30,992 nucleotides of DNA from a virus. Lineage: Duplodnaviria; Caudoviricetes. The stretch is taken from positions 1 to 30,992 of IMG/VR virus record IMGVR_UViG_3300008255_000333; one strand, given 5' to 3'. A program made the position numbers and the translations under genes. The notes under the pieces are model-generated. The model saw only the letters and a list, made by a program, of their open reading frames with translations. It searched no databases and was not told the origin of the DNA. Positions 15,357 through 24,473 of this stretch are shown one piece after another. Each line of letters begins with the position of its first letter. The stretch's first letter is position 1.

Positions 15357-16823
15357 TTATGATTTCCAATTGTTTATAAATGTTTGCTTGTTGTATGGGG
15401 TGGTTATCGCTGGGAGCTTGAATTGTTCGTAGAAGTTTTGGCTTTCGTATACTCCGTGCGGGTCTAGTCTTCCGTAGCGTTTTATTTTTTCTTGCACATC
15501 AGCTTCGCTTGCGTAGCCGTAGTGTTTGAATAAATGGTCGCTTGTTCTTCTGTTCTCGTAGGCGTAAATTGGAGCGCTGCCGCAGTGTACTGGTGTGTCG
15601 TAGTGATCCTGCGATTTCTCGCGGTCTACTCTAAATAAGCGCACATTCTTTTGTCGGCCGAATAAGCCGTCTAGCCTTACTTCCTGTTTATTTTTCCAGA
15701 AGTGAGCGATGTAAAAGTCCCACGCTATACCCCTTTCTAACCATTCGTTAATTTTGAAACGATTAACGTCCTCGTCAAAGATTTCGTCTGCGTCTATTGG
15801 AATTATGCCGTAGGCGTTTTTGCTTATGGCGTATTCCGTGGCGCGTTCCCTTAGTTTCCCCTCGTCTGTGCCGAATAACTTTTTCTTGTGGCTGTGTATT
15901 GTTATCGGGAACTTCTCAGCTAACTTGCGGCAGATTTCTTCGGTTCGGTCTGTGGCGGCGTCTATGGTTATTACTAGCTCGTCTATCAGGTGGCGGTTGA
16001 ATAAATCTTCTACTGTCATTTCTAAGTAGCGACCCTCCTCGTTTCCCACTATCATTGACCCGATTACTCGCTTGCTGCTCTTTTCCCATTTCTGTAAAAA
16101 GTAGCTCTGCCCGTTTAGGAAGTTTTCCTCCCAGAACTTTGACTTGCTGTTCATTGAGCGCTTGCCTTTATGTTTAGCTCTGGCGTTGCTTACGGCCATT
16201 TTGTAGCCGCGTCGCAAAATGTTTTCGCAGATGTCGTTGTCCTCCCACATAAAGAAGTACTGCTCGTCAAACCCGCCTATTCTTTCAAAGATTTCTCGGC
16301 GTACAAGCATAATGCTGCCGTTGATAAACGTATCGCGGAAGCTGTCCTTGTTTCCTACTATCGCCACGTCTTTGTCGGCAAAGCTCAGCAATGCTTCTTC
16401 AAAAAAGCCCGCCTCTAGTTGCGCGTCGTCGTTTAAGAAAAGTATAAACTCGGCCAGCGCCTCGTTCATTGCTGCGCCGTCATTGCAGGCTTTTGCGAAG
16501 CCGCCGACTTTCTTTGTAAACTTGCGCACCACTGTTCGCACACTTTCTATGTGCTTGCTTGGCGGGATGTTTATTTTAGTCTTGTCGCTCGGCGTTGGTA
16601 TCACAATGTCTACTTTGCCGCGCTTGTAGGGCACACCGAAAATGTTGCACCCTGTTAGCTCTGGTTTGAAAGGTTCTAAGCCCTCGCAATTTAAGTCTGG
16701 GTTGTCTATTGGTTCTGCTGCTTGCGCTCTTTTTAGTCGGGCGTATTCTCTTTCGTCGACTGTTGCGAGCTCGCCTTTTAGATATGGCGTAAAGTTTCGC
16801 AGCATTTTTACTGTTATTCTCAT
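15357..16823 (-). CDS. Two-domain GT-A/family 2 glycosyltransferase with a short N-terminal extra domain
   Basis: Probable start is the ATG at 16823. Domain 1: VDIVIP, GFAKACN, FLNDD, GGFDE.YF..WEDND. Domain 2: IVGNEEGRYL, DAATDRT, IDADE, HYGY. Confidence 0.88.
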   Translation of the reverse strand: MRITVKMLRNFTPYLKGELATVDEREYARLKRAQAAEPIDNPDLNCEGLEPFKPELTGCNIFGVPYKRGKVDIVIPTPSDKTKINIPPSKHIESVRTVVRKFTKKVGGFAKACNDGAAMNEALAEFILFLNDDAQLEAGFFEEALLSFADKDVAIVGNKDSFRDTFINGSIMLVRREIFERIGGFDEQYFFMWEDNDICENILRRGYKMAVSNARAKHKGKRSMNSKSKFWEENFLNGQSYFLQKWEKSSKRVIGSMIVGNEEGRYLEMTVEDLFNRHLIDELVITIDAATDRTEEICRKLAEKFPITIHSHKKKLFGTDEGKLRERATEYAISKNAYGIIPIDADEIFDEDVNRFKINEWLERGIAWDFYIAHFWKNKQEVRLDGLFGRQKNVRLFRVDREKSQDHYDTPVHCGSAPIYAYENRRTSDHLFKHYGYASEADVQEKIKRYGRLDPHGVYESQNFYEQFKLPAITTPYNKQTFINNWKS

Positions 16824-16829
16824 ATTTTT

Positions 16830-16878
16830 GCTTAGGCAATTGTGCCCCCGAGTTTCCTCAGGAGCACTATGCTTAAAC
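16830..16878 (-). other. Long hairpin 3' of the capsid gene (mRNA stabiliser or attenuator)
   Basis: GTGCTCCTGAG-GAAA-CTCGGGGGCAC with a GNRA loop, extended by GTTTAAGCA/TGCCTAAGC. No U-tract. Confidence 0.6.
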
Positions 16879-16883
16879 AAGGC

Positions 16884-17921
16884 CTATTTTACGCCTGTTA
16901 ATTTGCGGAATGCGTCGGTGTTAACCAGTACGCCGTCGACTGCTTGGTAAACAATAACGTCTACTTGTAAGCGTCCAGGCACCTGTCTAACCTCTGACAT
17001 CATGTTCTCGCCGTCCTTGATCCAGTACTCTGCTAAGTCACCGAAGTAGATTTCAGTTTCGTTAGTGCCAGAGCCTAGGTTTGCAGGAATGTCAGCGCAT
17101 TCTTCCAACGGCTTGTTGAAAATGGTTTGACTGTTCTTGTCAAAAATCGGCTGCTTGTTCTCGTCTTTCAGCTTCATGATTAACTTCATAGCTGCGTTAG
17201 ACGCTAACCACACACCATTTGCGCGGTACTGTTCAGGCACAGAGTAGTAAAGGTTGACGATGTCGTCGTAAGACAACGCTGTGGAAGCCTGAGGTACTGC
17301 GGTAATGGTGGCTACCCTGATACCTGTTGGCTTGCCGTCGCCGTCACCAGCAACGAATGCGGTTTCTTCTGTGCTTCGCAAAGCGCGAGCAGCTAATTTA
17401 GAAACGTAATTCTCAATGCTGATAGGAGTGCTGTTCATTAACTTGTAAGGAACGCGAACTCTTGCGGCTAAGTAGAAATCGTCAAGTGATTTCTTTGCTA
17501 CTGTTGGGTTGCTTTCAGTGATGTCTGCGTCAGCTTCTGTGGTCACCCAGTATGCGGTGACGCCAGTTGCTTCAACAGGCAAGTCAAACTTCCCGTCCAT
17601 TGAAAATACAAAAGCGTATTTTCTAATCTTTGCGATTTTGTCTTTCTTCTCGTGAATGGCGGCTGCTAATTCGGTAGGGATCGCGTACCCGAATGAAGAA
17701 GTGCCGCTGCCAATGGTTTTTTTCTCGAGCTTGCCATTGACTAAGTCGCGTACGAATTCAGCAGATTTCTCTGCGCGTTCGTCTGCATTTAAGCTCTTGC
17801 TTGCTTTCATGTTAGAGATTTCGTCTTTCAAAGCCTTTACTTCGTTCACGATTTCACTTTCGTTTACGGTTTCGGCAATGGTAGACTTCAATTCCTCCAT
17901 GGTCATTTCTTTCTTTTCCAT
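16884..17921 (-). CDS. Major capsid protein, HK97 fold
   Basis: GYAIPTE, AFVAGDGDGKPTGI, YRANGVW, KLKDENKQPI, YFGDL, DAF. Confidence 0.95.
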   Translation of the reverse strand: MEKKEMTMEELKSTIAETVNESEIVNEVKALKDEISNMKASKSLNADERAEKSAEFVRDLVNGKLEKKTIGSGTSSFGYAIPTELAAAIHEKKDKIAKIRKYAFVFSMDGKFDLPVEATGVTAYWVTTEADADITESNPTVAKKSLDDFYLAARVRVPYKLMNSTPISIENYVSKLAARALRSTEETAFVAGDGDGKPTGIRVATITAVPQASTALSYDDIVNLYYSVPEQYRANGVWLASNAAMKLIMKLKDENKQPIFDKNSQTIFNKPLEECADIPANLGSGTNETEIYFGDLAEYWIKDGENMMSEVRQVPGRLQVDVIVYQAVDGVLVNTDAFRKLTGVK

Positions 17922-17943
17922 AGTTTTGAAAAATTAAAGTTTT

Positions 17944-18909
17944 TTAGTTTCGAGTCACCCTGAGGATGTACTCTAAGGCCTTATCGGCCTGTTTTGCTGA
18001 TTGCCGTAGTTTGATTACAGTCTTTTGATCGACTGACAAAGTTTCGGCTTCGACCTTTTCTTGCCCTTTTGCGGTTGCGTCAAGCAGCTGCTTCAAAGGC
18101 GTTATTGCATTTTTTAGTGCGTTTTTTAATGTTTCCATTTGGTCTATAACTTCCGTTATCAGGGTTCGGTTAGCTTCACTTAGTGCCCTGCCCTCTTTCA
18201 ATTCTGGCTCGTTTTCTATGTTCCCTGCCGTTTTTTCGGCCTCGAGAGGGGCGGGGAAGTCCTCATTTTCGCCCTCTGGGGCGTTTTCGGGTGTAGTTGT
18301 TGCCTCTGGGGTTGTTTCCTCGTTCTCTGGGGCTTCTGTGCCCTCAGGGGTAGTTTCAGGGGTTGGCTCTGGTACTACTTCTGGCTCTGGTTCTGGCTGT
18401 TCTTCTTCTACATCTTTTTTAGCGGTCTTAACTCCTAGCACTTGGGTCGCTGGGTTAGCGCCTACTAAAACTGGCGACCATTCGTAAAGTTTTAATCTCT
18501 TTAAGTGACGGAAGCCGTCCTCGCCCATGTAGTCCTCCTCCACTGAATAACCTATGCTGAATTCGTCTACTGTGCCGAACTTTAAATCACTGTAAGCCTC
18601 GCGGCCTCTTTGTGTTTCAAGGTTGAATTGTCCTTTGATATAAAGCCCCGCGTCGGTTTCTTTTGCTTCTAGGGTTTTTGATACTGGAATTGTCCAGTCG
18701 TGCATCCACACCCCCTTGGGGTATTTCCGCTGTAAGCTCTCGACGAACGCACCCTTGTCTACGATTTCGCCGTAGCTGTCTACGTTTCCAAAACAAGACA
18801 CGATCGCTTCTACAATTCCTTTTTCGTCGTCAGTTGCTTTAATGCTGACTGTTAGGCTTTTGTATTGCATGTCGTTCCCTTTGGTTTCGTATTCTTTTTT
18901 GATGTCCAT
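17944..18909 (-). CDS. HK97-family prohead protease with a C-terminal acidic linker/scaffold-like extension
   Basis: GNVDSYGEIVDKGAF, W.HD, FSIGY, LYEWSPVLVGANP, then a P/E/T-rich linker and KEGRALSEANR. Confidence 0.93.
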   Translation of the reverse strand: MDIKKEYETKGNDMQYKSLTVSIKATDDEKGIVEAIVSCFGNVDSYGEIVDKGAFVESLQRKYPKGVWMHDWTIPVSKTLEAKETDAGLYIKGQFNLETQRGREAYSDLKFGTVDEFSIGYSVEEDYMGEDGFRHLKRLKLYEWSPVLVGANPATQVLGVKTAKKDVEEEQPEPEPEVVPEPTPETTPEGTEAPENEETTPEATTTPENAPEGENEDFPAPLEAEKTAGNIENEPELKEGRALSEANRTLITEVIDQMETLKNALKNAITPLKQLLDATAKGQEKVEAETLSVDQKTVIKLRQSAKQADKALEYILRVTRN

Positions 18910-18926
18910 ATTTTTCTTTTTAAGTT

Positions 18927-21032
18927 TTATTTAGGCAAAAATGTGCATTCGCAGTTTGGGTGGCTGTACTCGACTACTCCTTGCTGTGCTTCTTTAGTTG
19001 ACCAGTCGGCCATTGAATTACTGACGCAAACTTCGCAAGGGTCGCTGCCTGCTAGGTACCATTCGCATTCTTTGATGTCGTATTCTTCCCACGCAAAGGC
19101 TTCGCCCGCCGTTAGTGCTCTCGCACTTTCTGTTCTTGCTATCATATCGGCGCGGCTTTCTGCGACTGTTTCTAGGTAGCCTTGTATGCTCTCTGAGAGT
19201 GCGGCTGGGCTTTGTCCTGCTTCTACTCCGTCTGTTATCAATTTTGTGAATTGTTCGGCTGTGGTCTTGGTGATGTCTTTTGCGTATTTCTCTGCTACTC
19301 TTTCCGTCCATTCTCTAACTTTTGGAATGGAGGCGAGGTTGATTTTTGGTTCGTTGATTAAAGAAACGCCCGCGTCTGCGCCTAATGCTAAGCTCGCGAA
19401 GTATTGCGGCTCTATAATGCGCATTGTCAATTCTATTTCTTCGTCCTCGTCAAATAAGAGCTCTGCTGGTTTTATTTTTTTAAAGTCCTTTTTATTTAGC
19501 TTGGCTTGTAGCTCTTTAGCCTGTCTTTCAAAAATCTGCAGGAATTTCTGCTTCCAGCCGCTTGCTACGTTATCTTTTAGCTCTACGTAATTGCGCCAGA
19601 TTTTCTCTTTGGCCGCGTCGTCAAGATCGAGGCGGGACTCCTTTGCTTCCCCGACCTTGACGCTTAGCACGGCTTCTTTATCTCGCTGCTTCTTTTCTAG
19701 TTTTTCTATGGCCTTGCTTGCTATTTCTTCCCCGAACCTCTTTTTTCTTATGTTGCGGGAGTTGATTTTGATTTTGATTTTTCTTTGTTTGCTTAAAGGC
19801 ACGCTGCTTAAATTAACGGCTTTTAATTCTCGCTTGGTATTGTCTTTGTGATCGTGGCCGCAGTCGCAGTCTTTCTTGCCCTCGGTCATTGTTGGCACAT
19901 TGGCTATGCTCTGGTAGATACTGTCGCCGCCAATTAACGGCTCTTTGCCTAGGCTTTCTCTGGCCTCGTTGACTGTTAGCCAGACGTTTGTTCCTGCTTG
20001 TAGCCAGCGAAGTTGTAGCTCGCTGTCCTCTGGTGCGAAACTTTCAAAGTCTAGGTATAAATTGTCGCCAAAAATCGGCACTAAAAATTCGTTTAATTGC
20101 TCGGTTATCATTGTCATAATCGGGTCTAGGGTGTACTTGCCGAATACCATTTCCGAGGTTTCCGCTGTGGCGCGGTTGTATTGACCCTCTAGGCCTAACA
20201 AGATTTTAGGAACGCCGAAAACCGACAAGATTTCGTCGCGGTTCATTCCTCGTCCTTGTATCCATTCTAAATCTTTAGGCGGTATGCTGTATGGGTTCAT
20301 TTTCGCTCCGTTTGATAAAACCATTACCTTGTTCGCGTTTTCAAAGCCGCCGTAGGCTTCGTTGAATTGTTCTTGTAGGAGCTTCTGCTCGTCTGGTTGT
20401 AAAATAGCGGGAACTTCCACGACTACTGACGGCTTGGCGCCAGAAATCATTAAGTTTTTATTCCACTTAGTCATTTTGTCGTCTGTTTCGGCGACCTCTC
20501 TTATTGCTTCTATGTGGCTGCGTCCTACTTTTGGGTTGTTTGGGTCTGGGTTCTTAAAAATGATTACTTTGTCCTTTGAGTAAATTGTCCCGTTGTATTT
20601 GTATTGGGTTGGGTTTCCGTTTTCGTCTTTGCCCGCTACTTTTAGCTGGGTTGGAGGCACGACAAAGATTTGCTCTGTCTTTCCTTTTTCGTTTTTATCT
20701 AAAACCCACGGGCTTTGTCCTTGTAGTAAAAAATAAATAAAACTAAGTTTAAGGCTGTCAAACTTAGTCATTTGGTCATTGAATTTGTAAAGCAAGCCCA
20801 GCAATTCGTGATCTAAAAGCTCCACCACTTCGCCCTTTTTGTTCATTTGATAAAGGCGCCATTCTGTTTCTGCTAATTTGTTTGAAATTAAATTGACGCA
20901 CGAAAATATCCAGCGGCTGTAGAACTCTGTTTCTTTGCTCCAGCCTCCTAGATTAAAAGTTGAAAGTGAATTGAGCGGCAAACTCTTTACTGCGTCGCCA
21001 ACGAGTTTTTGAAAGTATTTTTTGAAAATCAT
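18927..21032 (-). CDS. HK97-family portal protein fused to a MuF-like minor head domain
   Basis: Portal motifs (GRSHIEA, GAKPS, YGG.ENA.K, EILSVFGVP, TVNEARE), then RADMIARTESARA...W...C..C...HPNCECT. Confidence 0.93.
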   Translation of the reverse strand: MIFKKYFQKLVGDAVKSLPLNSLSTFNLGGWSKETEFYSRWIFSCVNLISNKLAETEWRLYQMNKKGEVVELLDHELLGLLYKFNDQMTKFDSLKLSFIYFLLQGQSPWVLDKNEKGKTEQIFVVPPTQLKVAGKDENGNPTQYKYNGTIYSKDKVIIFKNPDPNNPKVGRSHIEAIREVAETDDKMTKWNKNLMISGAKPSVVVEVPAILQPDEQKLLQEQFNEAYGGFENANKVMVLSNGAKMNPYSIPPKDLEWIQGRGMNRDEILSVFGVPKILLGLEGQYNRATAETSEMVFGKYTLDPIMTMITEQLNEFLVPIFGDNLYLDFESFAPEDSELQLRWLQAGTNVWLTVNEARESLGKEPLIGGDSIYQSIANVPTMTEGKKDCDCGHDHKDNTKRELKAVNLSSVPLSKQRKIKIKINSRNIRKKRFGEEIASKAIEKLEKKQRDKEAVLSVKVGEAKESRLDLDDAAKEKIWRNYVELKDNVASGWKQKFLQIFERQAKELQAKLNKKDFKKIKPAELLFDEDEEIELTMRIIEPQYFASLALGADAGVSLINEPKINLASIPKVREWTERVAEKYAKDITKTTAEQFTKLITDGVEAGQSPAALSESIQGYLETVAESRADMIARTESARALTAGEAFAWEEYDIKECEWYLAGSDPCEVCVSNSMADWSTKEAQQGVVEYSHPNCECTFLPK

Positions 21033-21062
21033 AAGTTTGAAATTGTCAAGCGTATCTTGAGC

Positions 21063-21332
21063 TTATTTTACCGCGCTTTTATCTGGCACGCAATTTAATG
21101 TTGTTTTTATATTGTTTTTGCGCTCTCTTTCTATTCTACCCCTGTCATTCTCTCTCGCTAATCTTGCGTTGATAAAGTTTCCGCACTCACAGCAGCGGGC
21201 GCGCGTTAGCCATTCGTCCACTTCTTTGATGTTTGGGTTTTTAACTCGGCCGCGCTTGTACCTGAATAAACGACCACAGGACGGGCAGACAAATCTTAAG
21301 ATCCCGTCGCCTCCTTTGGTTTGTTCTCGCAT
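21063..21332 (-). CDS. Hypothetical Zn-ribbon protein
   Basis: CPSC...CCEC. Confidence 0.55.
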   Translation of the reverse strand: MREQTKGGDGILRFVCPSCGRLFRYKRGRVKNPNIKEVDEWLTRARCCECGNFINARLARENDRGRIERERKNNIKTTLNCVPDKSAVK

Positions 21333-21679
21333 AGGCTTATTTCCTCTAACTCTCTACCCCAGAGCTTCTTTGCTAGCTGTGCTTTTTGCACTCCTAGGGT
21401 CATTTCGGTTATGAGGGCGTTTAATTTTTCGGCGTCAACGACTTCGACTATTTCGCTGACTTTTGATTTCAGGCCTAGCAAGTGTTTGAAGCTCTTTTTT
21501 GCTTCTGTGATTTTTATGCGGCCTAATAAGTCCACATCCTCTTGCTGTCCGTCTGCCCATTTTACCTTTGCCTTGACTGCTCCCATTAAGTAAAAGTTGC
21601 CCTGTCCTCCTAATTCCGCGGGGCGCAAAAAGCCAATGGTTAGCTCGAGGTTGTTTTCTATGTGTTGTTTTGTGTCCAT
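21296..21679 (-). CDS. Hypothetical protein (127 aa)
   Basis: Probable start is the ATG at 21679 (MDTKQH), just after the terL stop. Confidence 0.6.
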   Translation of the reverse strand: MDTKQHIENNLELTIGFLRPAELGGQGNFYLMGAVKAKVKWADGQQEDVDLLGRIKITEAKKSFKHLLGLKSKVSEIVEVVDAEKLNALITEMTLGVQKAQLAKKLWGRELEEISLCENKPKEATGS

Positions 21680-21684
21680 AAAGT

Positions 21685-23142
21685 TTATTGTTTTAAGACT
21701 GTTAGAAAGTCGCTTGCTTTTCTTGCTAATGGCAGCAATTTGAGCGCGTTGCAGAGTGCGTCCGCTCCGTCGTCGTGTGCTCCTCTTGGGAGGCTGCAGA
21801 GTTGCTCCCATAATTTCTGCTGCATTGAGTCGCCCTTTTTAAAGTGTATTTTTCCGTTCTCGATCAGCGGGGCTAATTCCATCTGGTATTTTTCTATTTT
21901 GTTTCTTAGGGTTGTGACGCCTATTATCGGGGTTGGTATGGTCGCCTTTGCTACTTGGACTGTGTCGGTTTGAAAGACGTTATCTTCTATCGCTATTTTG
22001 AGCGGCCGTTCTAACTCTGCCGCTTCACTGACTGCTCTTAGTCTGTTCGGGAAGTCTATGCGCGCTTCGTAATAACTTAGAATGAAAATGTCGCGGCTCT
22101 CGTAATCGTACGCTAGGCTGACCTTTGCCGTCATATCGCTCTTTGGGTCGTCTGGTCTGCGGCCGACTGATAAGTCCCAGCCCGTGAATACTTCTAGCTT
22201 CTTGAATACTGGCTCGCCCTTTTCGTTTTTGCCCATTGGCAGGTGTTCGTATTCTCGCTTCCATTCTGGCTTGATAATCTCGCCCACGAGGTTGGTTGCT
22301 AGGTTGCGGTATTCTTTGTCAAAAAACTTTACACCCGCCAGCTCCGCGATTTGCGCTTTCTTTTGCATAAGCGCTTGCCAGCTCCATTTTTCTGGGTAGA
22401 GTGTGATTTGTTTTTCTTCGTCTACTATCGCGTCGTATACTCGGCTGACTGACTTTCTGCTTGGATCTTCTAAAATCTCGCCCCAGTTGACGTTGTAGAT
22501 GTCGTCGTCCCTTTGCTTTGTGCCTACAAATACCAGCTGCGTGTGTGGTTCGGCCATTGGGAGTATTTCAGCCGCTAGTCTTTCCTTGCTCTTGCGGTTT
22601 TGTTCGTCGCTGTAAATAACGGCCATGTCTATCACGTCGTCAAAAATCATTAAGTCGTCGTGGCCTCCACGGGCGCTTGACCAGAAGCCGCAGGCTTTTA
22701 TTCTGCTGCCGTTGCCGAGGACTATTTCCATTTTGTTGTTAATGTCTGCGTTGTCTAGCAGGTCTTTGAAGTATGGCTTTGTTGCCCACCTGCGTTTTAT
22801 GTTATCTAAAATTGAAATGGCTAAGGGGTCGCTCTTACTAAAAATGCGGACGCTGCTTTCGGGGTGTTGCTTGGCGTAGCGCAGGGATGTCATTTCCGAG
22901 AAGAAGAAAGTTTTTAAATGGTCGCGCGGTGCTTGAATAACTAGCAGGTTGTATTCGTTTAGCAAATCGTTCCATTCTCTATGAAGTGCTCCCAGCTTCC
23001 ACTGGTGATCCGCTGACCTTTTGTGGTGCGGGTAGACTTCCTGCTCTATCAGGAATGGCAAGTCTATCTGGTAGAGCATTTCCCTGACCTCCTCCTGCGA
23101 GAATGCTGTTTTTGAAAGCGTTGATAAGTCTTGCTCGTTCAT
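21685..23142 (-). CDS. terL: Terminase large subunit
   Basis: Walker A-like APRDHLKT, Walker B LMIFDD, motif III VFVGT, nuclease motifs GWD, IAIE and HDDGADA. Confidence 0.93.
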   Translation of the reverse strand: MNEQDLSTLSKTAFSQEEVREMLYQIDLPFLIEQEVYPHHKRSADHQWKLGALHREWNDLLNEYNLLVIQAPRDHLKTFFFSEMTSLRYAKQHPESSVRIFSKSDPLAISILDNIKRRWATKPYFKDLLDNADINNKMEIVLGNGSRIKACGFWSSARGGHDDLMIFDDVIDMAVIYSDEQNRKSKERLAAEILPMAEPHTQLVFVGTKQRDDDIYNVNWGEILEDPSRKSVSRVYDAIVDEEKQITLYPEKWSWQALMQKKAQIAELAGVKFFDKEYRNLATNLVGEIIKPEWKREYEHLPMGKNEKGEPVFKKLEVFTGWDLSVGRRPDDPKSDMTAKVSLAYDYESRDIFILSYYEARIDFPNRLRAVSEAAELERPLKIAIEDNVFQTDTVQVAKATIPTPIIGVTTLRNKIEKYQMELAPLIENGKIHFKKGDSMQQKLWEQLCSLPRGAHDDGADALCNALKLLPLARKASDFLTVLKQ

Positions 23143-23596
23143 TTGGTTCTACTTGATTTATAATTGTCAAAAGAGATACTTTGCGCTCCTCGACCTTGAG
23201 CGTTCCTACTTTTCTTTCGTAAATGCCCGCGTCCATTTCTGCGCTCAGTAGCTTGAGCTCGTTTTCTGCTAGTGCTTTTAGGGCTTGCACTTTTGCTATG
23301 TCCTTTGCTCCTTTGTCTGCTGCTATCGTCCAGAGTTGGCCGTCTATTCTTTTCAGTTTATCTTGAAGCTCTGATATTCTGCGGCTGATGTTGGCTCTGT
23401 CGTTTCTCACTGTCCGCTCTACGTGTATCTTCTTCACTAACTTGCTGATGTAGACGAGGTCTAAGTTTAGCGGCGCGTTGAAACTTTTGCTCAGCGTTTC
23501 TTTTATTTCTCTTAGGCTGGCCTGCGGATCTACAACCAGAACCGCTCTTATGCGGCTCTTATGGTAGTTTTGAGTTTCTGTGCTTAATGCTGGCAT
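22979..23596 (-). CDS. Putative terminase small subunit
   Basis: Helical protein directly upstream of terL, overlapping it by 164 nt. Confidence 0.6.
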   Translation of the reverse strand: MPALSTETQNYHKSRIRAVLVVDPQASLREIKETLSKSFNAPLNLDLVYISKLVKKIHVERTVRNDRANISRRISELQDKLKRIDGQLWTIAADKGAKDIAKVQALKALAENELKLLSAEMDAGIYERKVGTLKVEERKVSLLTIINQVEPNERARLINAFKNSILAGGGQGNALPDRLAIPDRAGSLPAPQKVSGSPVEAGSTS

Positions 23597-23617
23597 TTAT
23601 TTTTTAATTAAAACTTG

Positions 23618-23689
23618 AGCAGGAGGGTCGGATTTGAACCGCCGCCTCTCGGCTGGTAGCCGAGCGTGATACCACTTCACCACTCCCGC
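23618..23689 (-). tRNA. trnG: Atypical tRNA-Gly (anticodon ACC) with a bulged T-stem
   Basis: GCGGGAG/CTCCTGC acceptor, U73, GTGA/TCAC D-stem, CTCGG-CTACCAG-CCGAG anticodon arm, 4-nt variable loop, GGCGG-TTCAAAT-CCG(A)CC T-arm. Confidence 0.85.
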
Positions 23690-23693
23690 CTAT

Positions 23694-24467
23694 TTATTTT
23701 ATGCCCTCTGGCATTACTACTTTTTTCAATTCCTCGTAGTCTAATTTGGGAACGAGCAGTTTGCTTTCGTATGCTGGGTCTAAAATCTTTATGTATCTAA
23801 TCTGGAAGCCTTTGAGAACTCTTGCGTTTAGCGCCCTGATAATGTTCGTTGTGCTTGCGCCTCCGCTCATTTCTTTCATACAGTCTACGCCTGTGGCTGC
23901 CTTTATTCTTTCGTAGGTTTTCTTTGACTTCATACTCGTGAATGTCAGCTTTGTGAATGCTTCTTTCATTGCGGGCACGTAGATTATCGTCTGGTTCGGT
24001 TTAATGCTTGTTAAATAAAACCCCGAGGCTCTGTAAATTGTCCCGCTGCCGCATTGGGTTGCGTCGGCGTAGCTCACTATCCACTTAATGTCTGGACGGA
24101 AGCGTTTGATTAACTTCATTGTAATTGCTAGGGCTCGGCTCTCGGTGTTGCGTGGTAGCGCTTGGCTGAATGCCATGCGGTTTAATTCCAGAAAACCTGA
24201 CCACGGCGTGTCTGCTACTAAGGTCAAACTCTTGCGCTTGTCTATTGGGTGGCCGTATTGAAGCACTCCCTCTAGTTTTCCTTTCCAGAAAATGCCGAAA
24301 TGTAGAGAACTGCTGGCCGCTACTTTCCCGCTGTAATGGTTGGCCATAACAAAGTCTTTAGCAATCGCGGGCTGAATGGTTTTGATTACTATGTCCTTGG
24401 CGCTCTCGCCGTCTTTCAGTTGTTCTGGCGCGATGTATTCTTTCGCGCGCTGTCTTTCTTCTGGCAT
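23694..24467 (-). CDS. mom: Mom-like adenine-modification enzyme (GNAT-like fold)
   Basis: NHYS, GVLQYG, LELNRM, PRNTESR, IVSYAD..Q..GTIYRASGF: the motif series of the phage Mu Mom family. Confidence 0.85.
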   Translation of the reverse strand: MPEERQRAKEYIAPEQLKDGESAKDIVIKTIQPAIAKDFVMANHYSGKVAASSSLHFGIFWKGKLEGVLQYGHPIDKRKSLTLVADTPWSGFLELNRMAFSQALPRNTESRALAITMKLIKRFRPDIKWIVSYADATQCGSGTIYRASGFYLTSIKPNQTIIYVPAMKEAFTKLTFTSMKSKKTYERIKAATGVDCMKEMSGGASTTNIIRALNARVLKGFQIRYIKILDPAYESKLLVPKLDYEELKKVVMPEGIK

Positions 24468-24473
24468 TTGTTT

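Noticed and set aside
16824-16880. Upstream starts given in the ORF track (16880, also 6066, 21811, 25996, 26665, 28018)
   Set aside because: The extensions run through hairpins, promoters or other genes. Downstream ATGs with the typical A-rich context fit better.
18200-18420. Repetitive P/E/T-coding stretch as a DNA repeat element
   Set aside because: Low-complexity linker of the prohead protease, not a discrete repeat array.
22979-23142. TerS-TerL frameshift fusion
   Set aside because: TerL has its own ATG in an A-rich context and no convincing slippery site was seen. The overlap is most simply a C-terminal extension of TerS.
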